DNA from: Treponemataceae bacterium | GTDB taxonomy: Bacteria; Spirochaetota; Spirochaetia; Treponematales; Rectinemataceae | NCBI GenBank assembly: GCA_963678065.2 | Contig: CAXXVZ010000003.1 | Coordinates: forward strand, 2,304,001-2,368,000 | DNA: 64,000 bases | Direction of reading: 5' to 3' | Shown: piece after piece, positions 51,262-61,384 of the stretch | How positions within the stretch are numbered: position 1 is the first letter of the stretch | Layout of the letters: each line of letters opens with the position of its first letter | Position numbers and translations under genes: made by a program | Notes under the pieces: generated by a model | The model's database searches: none | What the model saw: the letters and a program-made list of their open reading frames with translations, nothing else | Told to the model about the DNA's origin: nothing

Positions 51262-51292
51262 TTGACCCGACTATGACTTCACAGTTTAGGCT
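51262..51292 (+). promoter_or_regulatory. MerR-type promoter
   Basis: TTGACC-N19-TAGGCT with the dyad ACTATGA-ct-TCACAGT in the spacer. Confidence 0.7.
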
Positions 51293-51299
51293 AGGATAT

Positions 51300-52574
51300 A
51301 TGGAAACCTATCGCATAACCGAACTTGGACGGCGCTTCGGCCTTTCGCGCTCGACGCTGCTGTACTACGACCGCATCGGGCTGTTGCGCCCGAGCGGGCG
51401 AAGCCAAGTGGACTACAGACTGTACACGCAGGAGGATATGGACAGGCTGGAACGCGTCTGCTTCTTCCGCGAGGCAGGTTTGAGCCTGTCGGAAATCGCG
51501 CGCCTATTGGAAAACGCCAACGACGATAGCTCGATTCTGGAGAGACGCCTGCGCGAAATCGGCCGCGAGGTCGCGACGCTCAAGTCCCAGCAACGACTCA
51601 TCGCCGGCATGCTCAAGACGGTGACGGCGGGGCTCGACGCCTCGGGGCTGGACAAAGAGCTGTGGTTGAGCCTGCAGAAGGCCTGCGGTCTCGACGAGAC
51701 GGCGCTCAAGCGCTGGCATACCGAGTTCGAACGCAGGGCGCCGGGCGCGCATCACGATTTCCTGCTGAGCCTGGGGCTCAGCGAAAAGGAAGCCATTCAG
51801 GTCAGGATGCTGACCAAAAGCATGGAGGACAACAAGATGAAAATGAACTATTTCTTCGAACTCTTCGAAGATCTTCCCCGGCAGGGGCCAGGTTGCAGGG
51901 AAGCCACCCTCAGGGCGCTCGGTCTGCTGAAGGATCTGCCATCAAAGCCCAGAGTGCTGGATATCGGCTGCGGCTGCGGTATGCAGACGCAGATCCTCGC
52001 CCAGGAACTAAAGACGAAAATCCTGGCGATCGACAACCATCGGCCCGTGCTGGATCACCTGGACCAGGCCGCCGCACGGAAGGGCCTGGAAATCGAAACA
52101 CGCGAGCTGTCCATGATCGACATGCCCTTCGAGGAAAAGAGCTTCGACCTGCTCTGGAGCGAGGGCTCGATTTTCATCATCGGGCTCGCGCGCGGTCTCG
52201 CGGACTTCAGGGCCTACCTCAAGCCGGGCGGCTATCTGGCCTTCACCGAAATGTGCTGGTTCGTGAGCGATCCTCCGGCCGAGGCCAAGGCTTACTTCGA
52301 CAAGGTCTATCCGGACATCAGAGGTGTGGACGAAGTGCGCAGGATGGCGGCCACCAGCGGTTACAGGGTGATCGAAAGCTTCAATCTGCCCGACAGCGCG
52401 TGGTGGGACGACTACTACACGCCGATGCTCGGGCGCATGGAGGAACTGAAGCTCAAGAACGCCGGTCTAGCCGAGGCGGAAGCGGTCTACGCCGACTGCG
52501 AGATCGAGGTCGAGATGTTCCGGCGGCATTCGAAGAGCTACGGCTACACTTTCTTCGTGCTGCAGAAGACCTGA
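51300..52574 (+). CDS. MerR-family regulator fused to a class I SAM methyltransferase
   Basis: SRSTLLYYDRIGLL.P..R...YRLY; LPRQGPG, VLDIGCGCG, FDLLWSEG, LKPGGY. Confidence 0.88.
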   Translation: METYRITELGRRFGLSRSTLLYYDRIGLLRPSGRSQVDYRLYTQEDMDRLERVCFFREAGLSLSEIARLLENANDDSSILERRLREIGREVATLKSQQRLIAGMLKTVTAGLDASGLDKELWLSLQKACGLDETALKRWHTEFERRAPGAHHDFLLSLGLSEKEAIQVRMLTKSMEDNKMKMNYFFELFEDLPRQGPGCREATLRALGLLKDLPSKPRVLDIGCGCGMQTQILAQELKTKILAIDNHRPVLDHLDQAAARKGLEIETRELSMIDMPFEEKSFDLLWSEGSIFIIGLARGLADFRAYLKPGGYLAFTEMCWFVSDPPAEAKAYFDKVYPDIRGVDEVRRMAATSGYRVIESFNLPDSAWWDDYYTPMLGRMEELKLKNAGLAEAEAVYADCEIEVEMFRRHSKSYGYTFFVLQKT

Positions 52575-52607
52575 GCTCTCCGGCACAATGACGAATTTGG
52601 AGACAAA

Positions 52608-52720
52608 AATGACACTCAAGGATATCGGGTACAACGAAATTATTGAAAAATATGCCCTCGAAAAAAATACGGACGGATTTCAAGTGGGTCGAATCGTCTC
52701 GGAACAAAAAGAAAGATAAA
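52608..52720 (+). pseudogene. RsgA-like GTPase N-terminal remnant
   Basis: MTLKDIGY...GRIVSEQKER then stop. Confidence 0.4.
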
Positions 52721-52961
52721 AAAGGGCAATTGCCCAAGCAAGATTGAGGAATGAAGAAGCATCGAGGGCCTCAGAGACAGGCCGACGATCCTGATCTTTC
52801 GTGCCAGGGAGTCTGTTCGCGAGCCAGTCGGCGACAACACGTGATGCGGCATTTCCACTCCGCTTGCCGGTTGAAATACCGTTAGAGTATTTTCCAGTGT
52901 CATTCAGGAACCGAACATAGACAATGGATCTACGACGATACAACGAAAAAACCGACGACAT
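52720..52961 (-). pseudogene. Truncated tyrosine integrase (N-terminal arm)
   Basis: FSLYRRR..VYVRF.N.TG....GISTG; adjacent to a tRNA att remnant. Confidence 0.65.
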
Positions 52962-53078
52962 GAAACCCGCCTCTGTGCTCGAAGTGTCTTATTACACTTC
53001 ATACTACAGTAATACAAGGTTTACACTCGCCGGTTTTCCGGGAGAAATGTAATTCATTCTCTTAAAAGACTTTATTCT

Positions 53079-53120
53079 TGAGCCGCACAAGATTCGAACT
53101 TGTGACCCACGCCTTAAAAG
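53079..53120 (-). repeat. att remnant: 3' half of tRNA-Lys(TTT)
   Basis: Minus strand CTTTTAAGGCGTGGGTCACAAGTTCGAATCTTGTGCGGCTCA has the anticodon loop, T arm and acceptor 3' strand; no 5' half. Confidence 0.8.
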
Positions 53121-53262
53121 AACATATTTTATCACATCACGGTGTATCTTTATGTACTATGTTAACTACTAATTCTTTATCTGTCAATGCAAATCGTTTC
53201 ACAACGTGTCAAGCAGTACTACCCTATATAGCGATTTATCTCATAGTTTTATCTCATACTAC

Positions 53263-53587
53263 TTATTCCGTATTTGTGTGTGACATTTCTGCCAGGAGCT
53301 GCTTTACTCGTTCGATTGGGAGAGGAGCTGAGCCTTCAAAATGGTTGTTGACGTTCAGATAGACTTGCTTACCATGGTTCGAAAGCTCGTTGATCATGAC
53401 AGCGATAGAAGGCAGTTGCGATTTGGGCTCGACAATCCGGTTCCATTCTTGCTGTGTGGCTTTCTCGATTTCCATCCGATCACCCCCGAGGAGCCGGATG
53501 ACAACAAGACTGGATAACAGGTGACCGAACTTCCTGTATAAATCGACGATGTGTGGCATGTACTGTTTTTCTGAAAAGACCATCAAG
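53263..53587 (-). pseudogene. DUF72 protein C-terminal remnant
   Basis: IRLLG, VYLNVNNHFEGSAP; 5' part replaced by IS3 DNA. Confidence 0.6.
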
Positions 53588-54115
53588 TGGACTTGCCCGG
53601 GTTTCGTGGAGGCTTGGTTAAGCCACTCTCCTGAGCATCGCTGCGGGTGGCCTGAAGCCGTTTCGTGAGTGGATCCGAAGCCGATTGTAATACACCTCGA
53701 TGTACTCGAACACTGCGGTCCTGACCTTCTTCCGGGTGGTTTTTCCGTCAAGCTCGGGGAGTTCCCTTTTCAGCGTCTTGAAAAAGGACTCCGCGCAGGT
53801 GTTGTCCCCAGCAGTTCCCCTTGCGGCTCATGCTCCTTACGAGTATCGGCATCGTCCCTAGGGAAGCCTCTCGAAAAGCATTGCAGCATTATTGGATGCC
53901 GGGGTCGGAATGGAACAACAGCGGGCCTTTGGGATTCTTCCTGTACACAGCCATCGCGAAGGCATCGATGACAATGGCCGCAGTCATGTCGGTCCTCATG
54001 GACCAGCCCACGACCATCCGTCAAACAGGTCTATGCCCACGCACAGGTAGAGCCAGCCATCGGTGGTCGGGATATACATTATGTCCAACACCCACACCGT
54101 AGTGGGCTCGGCGAC
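53588..54115 (-). mobile_element. Degenerate IS3-family transposase remnant
   Basis: LFHSD.GIQ, GNCWG, ESFFKTLK.E, FEYIEVYYNRLRIHS with frameshifts. Confidence 0.75.
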
Positions 54116-54284
54116 GTCAAGGTATCATATCAAATGACTACATAGTATTTTCTACAGATATACTACGCACCCGTAAATAAATATTTTCATCGTTGACTTT
54201 TGATGAATACTCTGCAAATCATCTTATACGGATCAAGATAAATGCTGTTCGGCGGACGCTCTGCGCAGGGAAGGAAACGAATAA

Positions 54285-54740
54285 ATGAGAGATAAACGAT
54301 TTATAGCAAATCATATGGGCGGTCCATTAAGTTTAGAAAGACATAGGTCATTGATTCATTGGGCTGTTGACTGTGTAAAACATGGAATTGAAATAGCAAA
54401 TGAAAAGGATATTGACGAAAGAGCATTAAATGCTCTGGAAATTGCTGAAAAATGGGAAAAAGGAAATGCTACTGTTGGAGAAGCAAGAGAAGCAGCATTT
54501 GCAGCACATGATGCCGCAAGAGAATGTGAAGATAAGATTAAACAAGCATTAATGCGTGCCTGTGGTCATGCGGTAGCAACAGCTCATATGGCTGATCACT
54601 CATTGCAAGCCAGAAAATATGTATTAAAAGCAGTAAAGCTAACGAATAGGGAAATAGCAAAAGAAATGGAATGGCAAATACAAAGAGCAGATGTAAATAT
54701 TAAAGAATTACTTATAGGAAATGGAAATGAATTATGCTAA
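54285..54740 (+). CDS. Imm5-like putative immunity protein, cassette copy 1
   Basis: WA.DC..H, D.R...A...A..W..G...VGEAR.AA..AH.AAR, RA.GHAVATAHM..H. Confidence 0.7.
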   Translation: MRDKRFIANHMGGPLSLERHRSLIHWAVDCVKHGIEIANEKDIDERALNALEIAEKWEKGNATVGEAREAAFAAHDAARECEDKIKQALMRACGHAVATAHMADHSLQARKYVLKAVKLTNREIAKEMEWQIQRADVNIKELLIGNGNELC

Positions 54741-54750
54741 AGAAGAAGAC

Positions 54751-54877
54751 GCCGAACAATCGCTTCAACCGGACAGCGCCTTTTGTCACGGTTTGTGCTA
54801 CTCGCTTCGCTCGCTTGTGCACAAACCGCGCCAACCCGCTTCGCGGGACAGGCTTGCCGGTTAAGCCAATGTTGCAC
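54751..54877 (+). repeat. attC site 1
   Basis: GCCGAAC...GTT, imperfect palindrome (CTTCAACCGG / CCGGTTAAG with an extra base, GGTTTGTGC / GCACAAACC). Confidence 0.88.
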
Positions 54878-54988
54878 TAAACCGCTGTGCCAGCGGTGGA
54901 GGATTTGCTTTCATTCCTACCTTTTGCGAGGTTCGGGCACATTCATAGACCACGGATACTTCTGGCATCATCACGCCGGAGGTATCCA

Positions 54989-55870
54989 ATGCACTACGAA
55001 CTCGAACTCGAAGCCATGCGCAAAGCGCTGGTCATCCGCAACTACGCCACCAAGACCATCAGCACCTATGTCTCCGTCCTCAAGCGGTACCTTGAACAGC
55101 TTGACAAGCCGATCGCCTGTGTCACATCGGCCGACATCCAGGAGTGGCAGTATCATCTCGTCAATGAAGAAAAAGTATCTTGGTCTCTCTTCAACCAGAT
55201 GGTCTGCGCCCTCAGGTTCTATTTCAAGAACGTGCGCACCTGCGATTTCACGGTCAAACACATTCCGTTCCAGCGCAGACGAAGGCGATTTCCGTCCATA
55301 CTGTCCAAAGAAGAGGTAGCAGCTCTTCTGGAAACCGCGCGGCTGAATCCCAAGCACTATGCGATCATCGCCACGCTGTACTCCACCGGCCTGCGCCTTG
55401 GCGAATTGGTCAAGCTCCAGATACCCGACATCGACAGTACGATGATGCTCGTGCACGTCCGGCAAGGCAAAGGTGGCAAGGATCGGCATGTCCAGCTCAG
55501 TTCCCACCTCCTCGGGATATTGCGGGCCTATTATCGCTCGTGCCTCGTCAAGCCGAAAACCTGGCTCTTCCCGGGTGCCAAGAACGATGGCCCGCTGGAT
55601 CCGAGTGGTATCCAGAGGATGGTTCCCGCTATCGCACGAAAAGCCGGAATCGAGAAGCATATCTCGCCGCACACGCTCCGGCATTGCTTCGCAACCCACC
55701 TGCTCGAAGACCACACCGACCTGCGCACCATCCAGTCCATGCTCGGTCACAGCTCCATCCAGACGACGGAAGTGTACCTGCACGTGGCGACGCATCATCT
55801 CCAGAGTGTCCGCAACCCCCTCGACCATCTCCCGGCACCAGGTGTGCACTCCGCGGGAAAGCCCCGATGA
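54989..55870 (+). CDS. XerD/integron-related tyrosine recombinase
   Basis: RNYA.KT..TY N-terminal domain, YSTGLRLGE, GKGGKDR, HTLRHCFATHLLE, LGHSSIQTT..Y; GGAGG RBS. Confidence 0.92.
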   Translation: MHYELELEAMRKALVIRNYATKTISTYVSVLKRYLEQLDKPIACVTSADIQEWQYHLVNEEKVSWSLFNQMVCALRFYFKNVRTCDFTVKHIPFQRRRRRFPSILSKEEVAALLETARLNPKHYAIIATLYSTGLRLGELVKLQIPDIDSTMMLVHVRQGKGGKDRHVQLSSHLLGILRAYYRSCLVKPKTWLFPGAKNDGPLDPSGIQRMVPAIARKAGIEKHISPHTLRHCFATHLLEDHTDLRTIQSMLGHSSIQTTEVYLHVATHHLQSVRNPLDHLPAPGVHSAGKPR

Positions 55871-57075
55871 GCGCACTAGGCGACATAGCGCGGCGGGGGA
55901 TGGCGCTCTCCTGGCTCACCGGTCAGGAACGGAGCGTCCTCTCTCACATAGCCGACTGCAAGACGGAGCGACTCGGAGGGAATGTTCTTTCGTGCGAGTG
56001 CGGGCACCGCGAGGTTCACTACAATTCCTGTCGTGACCGGCATTGCCCGCTCTGCCAGGGTGCCGCGTGTGCGCGCTGGGTGCGCGCGCGCCTTGGCGAA
56101 CTCTTACCCTGCGGGTACTTCCATGTGGTCTTCACGGTCCCCCACGAACTGCACTACCTTGCCCTTTCCAACCGCCACGCATTCTACCGGGCGCTCTTCC
56201 TCTCGGTCCACGAAACCCTTAAGGATGTCTGCGCCAATCCCGCCAACCTCGGTGCCCGCGTGGGCGGCATGTCCATCCTCCACACCTGGAACCAGAAGCT
56301 CGCTTTCCACCCGCACATCCATTGTATCGTACCCACAGGAGGTATTTCGTCCGACTTCTCGCGCTGGATAGCGGGGAACCCCACCTACCTCGTTTCGGTC
56401 AAGCGCCTGTCAGCGGTGTTTCGCGGCAAACTCCTGAGCCGTCTTGAGCAGTCCATCGGCAGACATGACCTGTGCGGCGACGAATCGGCGCTCCGCGATG
56501 CGGTGTGCGCTGCCGCTCGCAAGGACTTCGTCGTCTATGCCAAGCCACCCTTCGGTGGTCCCGGCCAGGTGGTCAAATACTTGGGCCGCTACACGCATCG
56601 CGTCGGCATCAGCGAACCCCGCATCGTCTGTGTCACTCAGGAGAGAGTGAGTTTTTCGTGGATCGACCGCGCCGCGGGGCATGCGAGACGAGTGATGAGC
56701 CTGTCCTGTGACGAGTTCATCCGAAAGTTCACCCTGCACATCCTGCCCAAAGGACTGCGGAAGATCCGCTATTTCGGCTTCATGGGGAACCGGGACCGGA
56801 CCGCTTCCCTTGTCCGCGTGCGTGCGCTCATCGCATCCTCGTCCGATTCACTCCCGAACCGGCCTGAAACCGACGAATTCCCGGCACACGGGAGCGCGAT
56901 GGAGGCTCCCCGCGTCGAACCGTGCGCCGTTTCCCGCTGCCCGCGATGCGGACTGCCTCTGAGCATTCACCATCCGATCGGGGTGTCGTCATCGGGGTCG
57001 CACTGGCTCACATCGCGGCTTGCGTTCCTGCGGGAAGTCCATGGACCGGAACCGAACAGGGCGGTGTTTGCCTGA
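55867..57075 (+). CDS. IS91-family (Y2 HUH) rolling-circle transposase
   Basis: Zn finger (CECG, NSCRDRHCP.CQ), YFHVVFTVP, HPHIHCIV (HUH), YLGRYTHR, GLRKIRYFG. Confidence 0.93.
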   Translation: MSALGDIARRGMALSWLTGQERSVLSHIADCKTERLGGNVLSCECGHREVHYNSCRDRHCPLCQGAACARWVRARLGELLPCGYFHVVFTVPHELHYLALSNRHAFYRALFLSVHETLKDVCANPANLGARVGGMSILHTWNQKLAFHPHIHCIVPTGGISSDFSRWIAGNPTYLVSVKRLSAVFRGKLLSRLEQSIGRHDLCGDESALRDAVCAAARKDFVVYAKPPFGGPGQVVKYLGRYTHRVGISEPRIVCVTQERVSFSWIDRAAGHARRVMSLSCDEFIRKFTLHILPKGLRKIRYFGFMGNRDRTASLVRVRALIASSSDSLPNRPETDEFPAHGSAMEAPRVEPCAVSRCPRCGLPLSIHHPIGVSSSGSHWLTSRLAFLREVHGPEPNRAVFA

Positions 57076-57368
57076 ACGAGGGGTGTGACTCCTGAGTCCG
57101 AATTTCACCGAACATCCGCCCATTGTGCCTGTATTCCCTTCATCCCCTCACAATTCCCGGCAGGTAAAAACTGCTCTGAATACGGCATTGCCCATGATCA
57201 CGCTTACGGATAAAAATCGTACTGCCGTGTACATGCCCGTTAATAAAAAAAATCGTCCCGTTACGCGCGTCTCCTCTCATTTCCCGCCTTGTAGTACCGA
57301 GAAACCCCGGATTGTTCTTCAATTTGATGTGAAGACTTGATACAGTACCCATAGGGGACGACGGTTCA

Positions 57369-57478
57369 GTGCAACACGTTCTATCCTGCAGAATCGAATT
57401 CTCGGTGTGCCACCCTCCTTCAGTACATCGAGAGTCGGTTGTCGCGCGATTCCGCAGGATAGAATGCTAATGTTCGGC
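57369..57478 (+). repeat. attC-like hairpin at the right end of the recombinase/IS91 element
   Basis: GTGCAAC...TTCTATCCTGCAGAATCG / CGATTCCGCAGGATAGAA...GTT; sequence unrelated to attC1-3. Confidence 0.7.
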
Positions 57479-57509
57479 GGACGCTCTGCGCAGGGAAGGA
57501 AACGAATAA

Positions 57510-57965
57510 ATGAGAGATAAACGATTTATAGCAAATCATATGGGCGGTCCATTAAGTTTAGAAAGACATAGGTCATTGATTCATTGGGCTGTTGACTGTG
57601 TAAAACATGGAATTGAAATAGCAAATGAAAAGGATATTGACGAAAGAGCATTAAATGCTCTGGAAATTGCTGAAAAATGGGAAAAAGGAAATGCTACTGT
57701 TGGAGAAGCAAGAGAAGCAGCATTTGCAGCACATGATGCCGCAAGAGAATGTGAAGATAAGATTAAACAAGCATTAATGCGTGCCTGTGGTCATGCGGTA
57801 GCAACAGCTCATATGGCTGATCACTCATTGCAAGCCAGAAAATATGTATTAAAAGCAGTAAAGCTAACGAATAGGGAAATAGCAAAAGAAATGGAATGGC
57901 AAATACAAAGAGCAGATGTAAATATTAAAGAATTACTTATAGGAAATGGAAATGAATTATGTTAA
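57510..57965 (+). CDS. Imm5-like putative immunity protein, cassette copy 2
   Basis: Protein identical to 54285-54740. Confidence 0.7.
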   Translation: MRDKRFIANHMGGPLSLERHRSLIHWAVDCVKHGIEIANEKDIDERALNALEIAEKWEKGNATVGEAREAAFAAHDAARECEDKIKQALMRACGHAVATAHMADHSLQARKYVLKAVKLTNREIAKEMEWQIQRADVNIKELLIGNGNELC

Positions 57966-57975
57966 AGAAGAAGAC

Positions 57976-58102
57976 TCCGAACAATCGCTTCAACCGGACA
58001 GCGCCTTTTGTCACGGTTTGTGCTACTCGCTTCGCTCGCTTGCGCACAAACCGCGCCAACCCGCTTCGCGGGACAGGCTTGCCGGTTAAGCAAATGTTAG
58101 GA
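57976..58102 (+). repeat. attC site 2
   Basis: Near-identical to attC1; ends GTTAGGA, complementary to TCCTAAC at 62219. Confidence 0.88.
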
Positions 58103-59414
58103 TTATTAAAGATTGGTAGGTAAGAGATGAAGTTTCATATTATAGATTCTATTTCTGGTATTGACAGAGATTCTGTAAACGAGTGTTTTTTAGTAGTTGA
58201 TAACTGGGATGATTGGTTTGAATTTTCAACAATGTACCGGCTATATTTTGTAACAATCTCAAATACAATAAAAGAAATTGGCTTTGTAAAAATTGGCCAA
58301 TTTTTAATGAAAGAGGGACAGCGTAGACCATTATTAAATAGGGATTTTGAAAATTTAGAAGATAACTATTTTTCTGTTGGTCAAGATGAGAAATATTATG
58401 AAAACATTAGATCGCTTGATGAGCATTTTAGAATAGAGATATTAAGTATCTTAAATGATTTTGCATTTAGTAATGAGATGTTTCAAAAAGCACTTGGTGA
58501 AAAGGTTACAAGAGTATCGCTACTTAGGTCAGTTTCCGAAAAGACAATAAGTGAACAGTTTAGAAGAATCCTTCTTGGTGGTGCAGCACAGACTTCATTC
58601 AACTTTTCATATTCATCTCCAATGTATTTTAAAAATCCATCATCAAAAATTAATTTGACCTTTAACGTTAATCCTGATTCAAGTCCTCCATCAAATATTC
58701 ATGTCCTAATTGGAAGGAATGGTGTAGGGAAAACAACTCTTTTATCTAATATGGCAAATGCTGCTTTAAATTCTGATGATGGAAAATATGGGAGCTTTTC
58801 ATCATCAAGCACTGACGAAAGAGTATCACAATTTTCTGGATTGATTACTGTCTCATATAGCGCATTTGATGATTTCACTGTTTCAAAGGAGAAACGAGAC
58901 AATACGAATTCTTTGAGATACTCATATATTGGATTAAAAGAAATTAAAAAGGTTAACGGTATTGAAATAAGAAAGAATAAATCAATGGAATCAATTGACA
59001 GTGAATTCGCACGTAGTCTGTTTTCTTGTGTTTTTACAGTTAAGAAAGAAATATGGATAAGTATTATTGCAAAATTAAAATATGACCCTATATTTTCTGA
59101 AGCAAATGTTACTGAACTATCAAATTACTCAGATAAAGAAACTTTTAAAAAGAATGCAATAGTGTTATTTAAAAAATTAAGTTCTGGGCATAAGATAGTA
59201 TTATTAACATTAACTAAATTAATAGAGTTAATTGAAGAAAAATCTTTAGTTTTAATTGATGAACCAGAAGCGCATTTGCACCCGCCACTATTGTCAGCAT
59301 ATATTAGAACGTTATCAGAGTTGTTAAAATACAAAAATGCAGTTGCGATTATAGCTACGCATTCACCGATTATTTTGCAAGAAGTTGCTTCCGATTGCGC
59401 ATGGGTGCTTTATA

Positions 59415-61141
59415 CCTGAATTCCCATGAATTTATACCCCAAGAGGAACGGGAACGTCTAACTTCGTAAATAGCTCAGTTTGTTTCTTAGTGATTTCACC
59501 GATTTGAAGTCTACGACCAGGATGGCCAAAACATTCAATCACATCGAGTTCATCAAGAAGTTCGTGTAACGTATAGTCCTTATATAGATTCTGTTCATCC
59601 ATCATCTTATCGATGTATGAGAGATACATAAGCGCGATGAATTGGACAAAGAGCTTGCCCTCGAGGTTTTCTTCTGAAGACACCGATGTTCTGCGCAGGT
59701 TAAGCCGCTCTTTGAGATTTCCGAAAGCCTTTTCAATCAGATCCTTAGATCGATAAATTCTAAGCGCTTCCAAAGGATCCTTTATGTCATTCGATATGAG
59801 AGCAAAATAGCCGTAGTTTTTTTCAGCTTCGTCGATTGAAGATTGAATTGGTGTTACCTGCATGCCGCGAACAGGCGTTGCAGCGTACTCGAAATATTTC
59901 CGATAGAGCTTTTCATGTTCAGGATCAAGTTTTCCGGAATACAGTTCCGTTTCAAGCGTGTCTAAAAGGGTATTGAACGCAGCCTTATCATCCACTGCCC
60001 GTTGGTCATTGAAGAACAGATGGAGATACAGCCTCCTTGATCCTTCATCCAGATCCCCTGAACGAGGTTTTCGATGATGGTATGACCATTCGATAGTCCG
60101 TGAGTATGTATTGATCCTGTACCGGCTTGAGTAACAGGCTCTCGTGCGCATAGACATTCGAACATCATCAAGGACATCCTGAATCAACCGTAAGTGCTTT
60201 GGAACTGCTATCAGGAACTTATAGTGATGATGGTACAGGGTGTTGATATTCTCTTCGCTGTAGAACCCTCGATCCAAAACCAACTTGACTTTGCCCAGCT
60301 TGAGAAGATCAATGTCAGTAAGGAGCGTACGAATCGTCGTGACATCGGCGATGTTACCGGGCAATGTACGATAATAAACCGGTAGTCTTGAAGTATCACC
60401 GTAGAGCATCGCCAAATTGATTTGGGGTAAAGGATCATGATCCTTATTCCTGCCATAGCGAACCTGGGAAAGCAGTCGAGAATACGAAGAAATAGAAGTG
60501 ATATCGTAGGCAAGATATTCAGTCTCGAGTCTTCGATTTGCCTGCTTGAGAAAAAACCGTCGCCTGGCGTCCTCATCAATACAGGCGAATAACTCGCTGG
60601 ACCTTTGGGAGGGTATCGAGTTCCCATAGGGGTGCGCATGATGTACAGCCCATCGCGGGAAACGGCTTATGGAGTTCCTGTCTTCCAGAATCAAAAAGTA
60701 TGCAATAGAGAGTATCTGTTTCCAGAGATCAGGAAAACAAACACAGAGATCACCAGTTATCCCCAGCTTTTCTCCGATTGCATCAAACAGATAGGTTGCT
60801 CCGAAAAAGTTTCGGGTATGAAGCACCGAAGAAACAGGGCCAGGAGAAATTGACGTTGCCCGCTCGAGTGCTTGCTGAAGTTGGTAGTTTTTAGTGGGAA
60901 CAAAGATACCATCTACCATTTTCCCGATGTAGTGTCTTTTGTGCGTGTTGTAGTTCTTTTCAGCGATTCGCTTTGAATCATATTCGTAAACATATTCAAC
61001 ACCATGGATGACTTGTGTTCCTTGTGGCATACAATCCTCCATGGGGTATATATTATACCCCATTTAGATTGCTGTCACCAATTATTTACTGTAATTACAA
61101 TGCTTTATTGAATTGTGGGTATAAATTCCCGGGAATCCAGG
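59415..61141 (-). mobile_element. IS1634-type (IS4 superfamily) insertion sequence
   Basis: IRs CCTGAATTCCCATGAATTTATACCC / CCTGGATTCCCGGGAATTTATACCC; 6-bp TSD TTTATA. Confidence 0.9.
59432..61042 (-). CDS. IS1634-family DDE transposase
   Basis: YDITSISSY, YG.NKD..LPQIN, PGNI.D, DRGFYS, YR.K..IEKAF..LK. Confidence 0.88.
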   Translation of the reverse strand: MEDCMPQGTQVIHGVEYVYEYDSKRIAEKNYNTHKRHYIGKMVDGIFVPTKNYQLQQALERATSISPGPVSSVLHTRNFFGATYLFDAIGEKLGITGDLCVCFPDLWKQILSIAYFLILEDRNSISRFPRWAVHHAHPYGNSIPSQRSSELFACIDEDARRRFFLKQANRRLETEYLAYDITSISSYSRLLSQVRYGRNKDHDPLPQINLAMLYGDTSRLPVYYRTLPGNIADVTTIRTLLTDIDLLKLGKVKLVLDRGFYSEENINTLYHHHYKFLIAVPKHLRLIQDVLDDVRMSMRTRACYSSRYRINTYSRTIEWSYHHRKPRSGDLDEGSRRLYLHLFFNDQRAVDDKAAFNTLLDTLETELYSGKLDPEHEKLYRKYFEYAATPVRGMQVTPIQSSIDEAEKNYGYFALISNDIKDPLEALRIYRSKDLIEKAFGNLKERLNLRRTSVSSEENLEGKLFVQFIALMYLSYIDKMMDEQNLYKDYTLHELLDELDVIECFGHPGRRLQIGEITKKQTELFTKLDVPVPLGV

Positions 61142-61384
61142 TTTATAGATCAGGAACAAATTGTAGCGTATCAAGACCAAATATAGAGAGTTTTGGTGAA
61201 AATGTTGGAATACTAACTCGAGAAGTATTTACACTTGAAATAACTAATACTGGATACCATAAATTACTGAATGATCTAATAAATGAAGGCTTAACAGAAG
61301 TAGATATCAATTCAAAATTTAAAAATAATATTAGCATTTCTGCCCGTGCATTAATAAAGAATTTAATATTTGAAAGAGATAAAA

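Larger units (their letters stand above)
54871..57471 (+). mobile_element. Tyrosine recombinase + IS91-like transposase element inserted at attC
   Basis: Starts at the attC GTT; IR GTTGCACTAAACCG / CGGTTCAGTGCAAC; ends with its own hairpin and GTT; GC-rich among AT-rich cassettes. Confidence 0.85.

Noticed and set aside
55180..55866. N-terminal extension of the 631-aa ORF
   Set aside because: Overlaps the recombinase in another frame; transposase motifs begin after the ATG at 55867
54989..55870. Integron integrase IntI
   Set aside because: Lacks the IntI-specific insertion near the WLFP patch, lies inside the array in cassette orientation and is coupled to an IS91-like transposase
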